DNA of 64,000 nt, from assembly GCF_009914755.1 (NCBI RefSeq), contig NC_060931.1, one strand, 5' to 3'. The translations under genes and the position numbers were made by a program. The notes beneath the pieces were generated by a model. That model saw nothing but the letters and a program-made list of their open reading frames with translations. It ran no database searches and was not told the DNA's origin. Each line of letters opens with the position of its first letter. The stretch's first letter is position 1. The DNA is from the human T2T-CHM13v2.0 reference genome, Homo sapiens. This document shows, in pieces, positions 59,926-64,000 of this stretch.

Positions 59926-60709
59926 CTTTAAGAAAACATCAAATGAATAATAAATCTTGCAAATATCCTCCAAAATGTGCATTGAGGTTAACATTTAGAG
60001 GTATAAATGGGTGATCCCCTATCTTCAAAAGGTATTCTTTTGACTTTTATTGATTATAAAATTAAATTTATTTGGTCAAATGGCTGCTCAAGGACTACAG
60101 AGAAAAAACAGTCTTTTAAAATTGTCTCCGTGCAAACTAGAATAAAATAATTTACACACTGACTTTGAGAAACTGGGAAGTTTAAAAGAGTTTAGAGTTT
60201 TGGTAAAACATTCATTAGCCACAGAAGATTTTGATAAAAGTTTAGACATATTCTCTTGAATGAAAAGAAACTGCAAGAAGATTGGAAGTTACTGTAGTTC
60301 TGATGTTATGATTCTTGCCTATTTTCTTAAGTCTTTCTACATTCATTTACTCAAACAATTATTGTTTGCATTCTATGTACTAGACACTGTGCTAGGTCTA
60401 CTAGCACAAAGATGAAAAGATATGGTCCCTATCTTCGAAGAACGTTCTGTCTTGTAGAGAAAAAAACAAATAAGTTACTATAATATTATGTAAAAAATAT
60501 TCTAATATACAAGGTAAAATGTGAGCATACAGAAAGACTTAAGTTAGCCTGAGGGATCATGACACTTAGAGAAGGTGTTTGAAAACTCAGCCTTTCCTCT
60601 ACTTTTATATTTTGGTAAGAGATCATTGTGGATCGAGGACTCAATTTTAAAAACTAGGAGCTAGGCAGTAAAAAGTTAGGTTGATATCAAAGGAGCTGTT
60701 TAATGTTTG

Positions 60710-61070
60710 CTGCCTCAGGGCTTTCACACACAGTCTCTTTCCTTTTCCTGTGACAAAGATTTCCTTCTTCCTTCCAAGGTTGCTTTTTTTCTCAACTATG
60801 AAGTCTTAGCATCAATATCTCCTCCATAAAGAAGCCTCCTGGAGCGTCCATTTAAATTACACCTCTCTCCACCCTCCATTTACCTTCTATAGCATCACTT
60901 TCTTTCCTTTATGGTAATCATCAATATCTATCATCTCCCTAATACAATAGCAGCCTCATGAGGTCAGGAACGTTATCTGTATTAGTAACTGCTGTATTCC
61001 TAGTTCCTGGCACCATGCCCAACACATAACAGGCATGCAAAAAATATTTGCTAAGTAAACGAATAGATTC
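60710..61070 (+). mobile_element. L2 3' end
   Basis: 'tgcctcagggctttcacac...catgaggtcagg...aaatatttgctaagtaaacgaat'. Confidence 0.65.
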
Positions 61071-61103
61071 CATGTTAACTGAATAGAGAGGCAGGAAACA
61101 CAG

Positions 61104-61198
61104 CAAACATGCTATGTTCTCTCATGCCTTGATAACTTACACATGTTTTCTATAAATATGTGTAAGTTATCAAGGCATGAGAGAACATAGCATGTTTG
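61104..61198. repeat. Perfect inverted repeat, 41-bp arms, 13-nt spacer
   Basis: caaacatgctatgttctctcatgccttgataacttacacat (61104-61144) is the exact reverse complement of 61158-61198. Confidence 0.98.
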
Positions 61199-64000
61199 GG
61201 GTAAGCAAGCAATTTATAGTTTTGGGAACATAAAGAATAAGGTAAAAACACTGAGCTATATGGCCTAATAATTATCAATTTATCCACTCATTCATCCTTT
61301 ATTCAATAAATATTTACTAAGCACTTATTATATGCCAGGCACCAAGGATTCAGCCTTAAGAAGCTTTTAAACTGGTGGTGATGGTGGTAGTGATTGGTGT
61401 GTGTGTTTCAAAATAGACTTTAGATATCCTATAGGATATCCAAAATGGATTCAGATATCCTATATGGATATCTGAAAATAGACTTAATAGGAAATATCCA
61501 TATGAAAATAGACTTCAGATATCCATATAGGAAGTGTAGGGGGTGGGTTGTCATTTGAAATGGAGTGATCAGGAGTTGTAGAAGATAGCAGAAGTGTAAA
61601 AACCTAAGGAGATGAGGGGTTGAGCCAAATGGATATCTGGAGCAAACAATGTTATAAGCAAAGGTGACAGAGGAAACAGCAAGAGCAAAGTACTTCAGGA
61701 GTGAGCCTCATGTGATCAGCCAGCAGTGGATTTACTGGTCCTTTCATGTTACATGAGAAATGTAGATTTCATATTGCAGACTATAGAAGACTATGGGTGA
61801 TTTTTAGATAGGGAATTGACATTTTTTGTTTGTTTGTTGTTGTGTTAGATCACTTTGATCTGAGTCCAGAAGTTGGGCTTAATGAGGAAGAGATTAGAAG
61901 CAAAGAAATAAAGTATGGGGCTATCATAATAGTTTACAACCAAGGTATTAAGTACCAAAAAGCATCCAAGTTGTACAGACTTCACGGGTAATAGTTATAT
62001 TTGGAGTAATAAATGTCTACCGATCTGATTATTGAAAATAATCAAAAGTACAATATATTATACTTCGTATTTCACATATGAACCAAGTAAAGATATATAT
62101 AACTAATATTCCCCAAATAATGTACTAATGCAAAATCACTCCATTAAGCAGTAGACTAAAAGAGAAGATGCTCACAATATTGAAGATAATGGTTAAGAGT
62201 TCAATAGTTAATAGTGTGGAAATTTAAATTTGGTGTGTATAAAGAATATTATATGTGCTACTAATTACCAAATTGCAGTTTCAGGCTTGCAAAATAAATG
62301 GAGGAAGGGGACCAAAGTTTGACTTTACGGTTATATTATGTGAAAATTAACCAATACATTTAATTTTTAAAAATTAAACAACATTCTTACAGAAACAAGG
62401 ATGATAAATATGCATTCAGAAATTTAAATTGTTCATGAACTGTTTTGTTAGTCCATAAAAACAACCTTAGTGTTTTTCAGACTTCGTAAACTGGAGTTTT
62501 ATTTCTTTCTTTGTTGAAATTACTTTTAAAGTATAAATTACATTTAAACTATAAAATGTGGTGGAAATAGAAATAGTTGAGATCATGACTTTCATGTTCC
62601 ACATCACCAGTTGTAATGGATTAATCTTAATTTAACACACCTAATAAGAGTTTACTATTTGTCGGGTATATAAGCACCTTACAGCAATTAACTCATTTAA
62701 ACCTCTTCAGGAACTTGCAAGGTAGGTAAGTTTAGCATTCTTATTTTTTCAGAGGGACCCTTAAGCAAATTGCCTAAGAATTATTATTTCAGCTGATATT
62801 TGTTGAGGCTGCTATGTACCTGGCTGGCACCACGATAGGTTCGATAGATTCCGTGGCTATGATAGCTATGCTGTGAAAGTTGTTAACTTGCTAAGTCTAT
62901 TTACTCAGAACAGAGGTGCACAACTAGTACTAGTGCCTGCAGTTGGCTCTCAAACCTTCACTAGTGGACAGAAATTATCTTCACTGTGGAGTCTATCCTT
63001 CTCCCAGGCCAGGCAGTAGTTCTATGTTGTCAAACAGGTCACTGGGCAAAAAAATTAAACTCCCTTCTTCTGGGAGGTTTCGTTCTTTTCTTTTAATGAA
63101 GATAATCACCTAATGCATTTCAGATGTAGTACATATAGGCTCCATTTGGTCATATATGAATATATTGTGGATCACTTTTTGGCAAAGAATTGTGATGCTG
63201 TGATTGAACAATGATGATTAACTTATGGATTTGGGGGACCTGAGGGTAGAGTATACATTACTAGGTTTAAACTCCTGGTGGGCTTTTCAAACTGAAACCA
63301 CCCTTTCTAACCCCACCCACGGGGTTTTTAACCCATAAGGATTTCCATAGTCCTAATCTCTTTCACTCTAATCCCCACCTCAGGGGGGGAAAATAAAAAA
63401 CCCCTTTCCATTGCTTAATGACAAACCAGTCATGGAGCCAAGACAAAGAGTAATGGAATGTTTGTGCTAAGGGAGCCCGATGTGCCATTTCCACAGCAGT
63501 GATGGCAGGGCTGTAGGAATCGAATTCTAGGATGCCTCAGGTAAGTTTTCTCCACTAAGCAGAACTTGCATTAGTCTTGTCAACCTTTGTAGTCTCCTTT
63601 TCCCTGCTTTTATGCCCAATTATGCCATTTTCTTTCATTCCGATTGATATTTGTATTCTTTTAGTCACATTTTCAATTAGATTATATATTGTTAGATTCT
63701 ATTCACATCTTAAAAGTCTGAGAAACTCCTCTCTTTAAGGTGACTTTGTAATTGCTCAGATTTCCTGCAGAGTGACCAAATATTTTACCTCAGAGAAAAA
63801 TCATCTTATTTCTCTCATGCTAATAGTTTTGTTTTTTGGTGTGTGGGGGGTTAATGATAAAAATAATAGTAGGAATTAAGATATGGGAACTCTAATTTGT
63901 GGGTTCTATGGGGGACATAAACTCCCCAGGAGGAGGAAAAAAAGGGAGCCTCATATACTTCCTACATATTTTATTTTCTACAACATAATGTTTTCAAATG

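Noticed and set aside
60088-60276. Minus-strand ORF just upstream of GNAT3 exon 6 as possible exon 5
   Set aside because: No similarity to the G-alpha exon 5 peptide (switch I, RVKTTGI). I did not find exon 5 in 59926-64000.

Overview
Primate (human or great-ape type) AT-rich, repeat-dense genomic DNA with no CpG island. The only protein-coding sequence I can support is the 3' end of GNAT3 (gustducin alpha) on the minus strand, which the ORF track missed. Exon 6 (59796-59925), exon 7 (59453-59606) and exon 8 CDS (55965-56155) splice GT-AG in frame to give ...[20 protein letters not shown]...NKKD...TCATDT...[12 protein letters not shown] did not find exons 1-5, so they presumably lie beyond the right edge. 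The rest is ~56 kb of 3' flank with about 23 Alus, L1PA/L1M, L2, MIR and many solo LTRs, several nested with clean target-site duplications (TSDs). Nearly all listed ORFs are repeat-derived or chance. I see no convincing new gene system. The most unusual signals are structural: a perfect 41-bp-arm palindrome and an adjacent templated-insertion scar in GNAT3 intron 5, a 5'-inverted (twin-primed) AluSc, a 152-bp inverted duplication inside an old L1, an inverted-Alu fold-back just past the GNAT3 3' end, and plus-strand (antisense) splice-site and recursive-splice-like motifs. Repeat subfamily names come from remembered consensus sequences and repeat boundaries are approximate.
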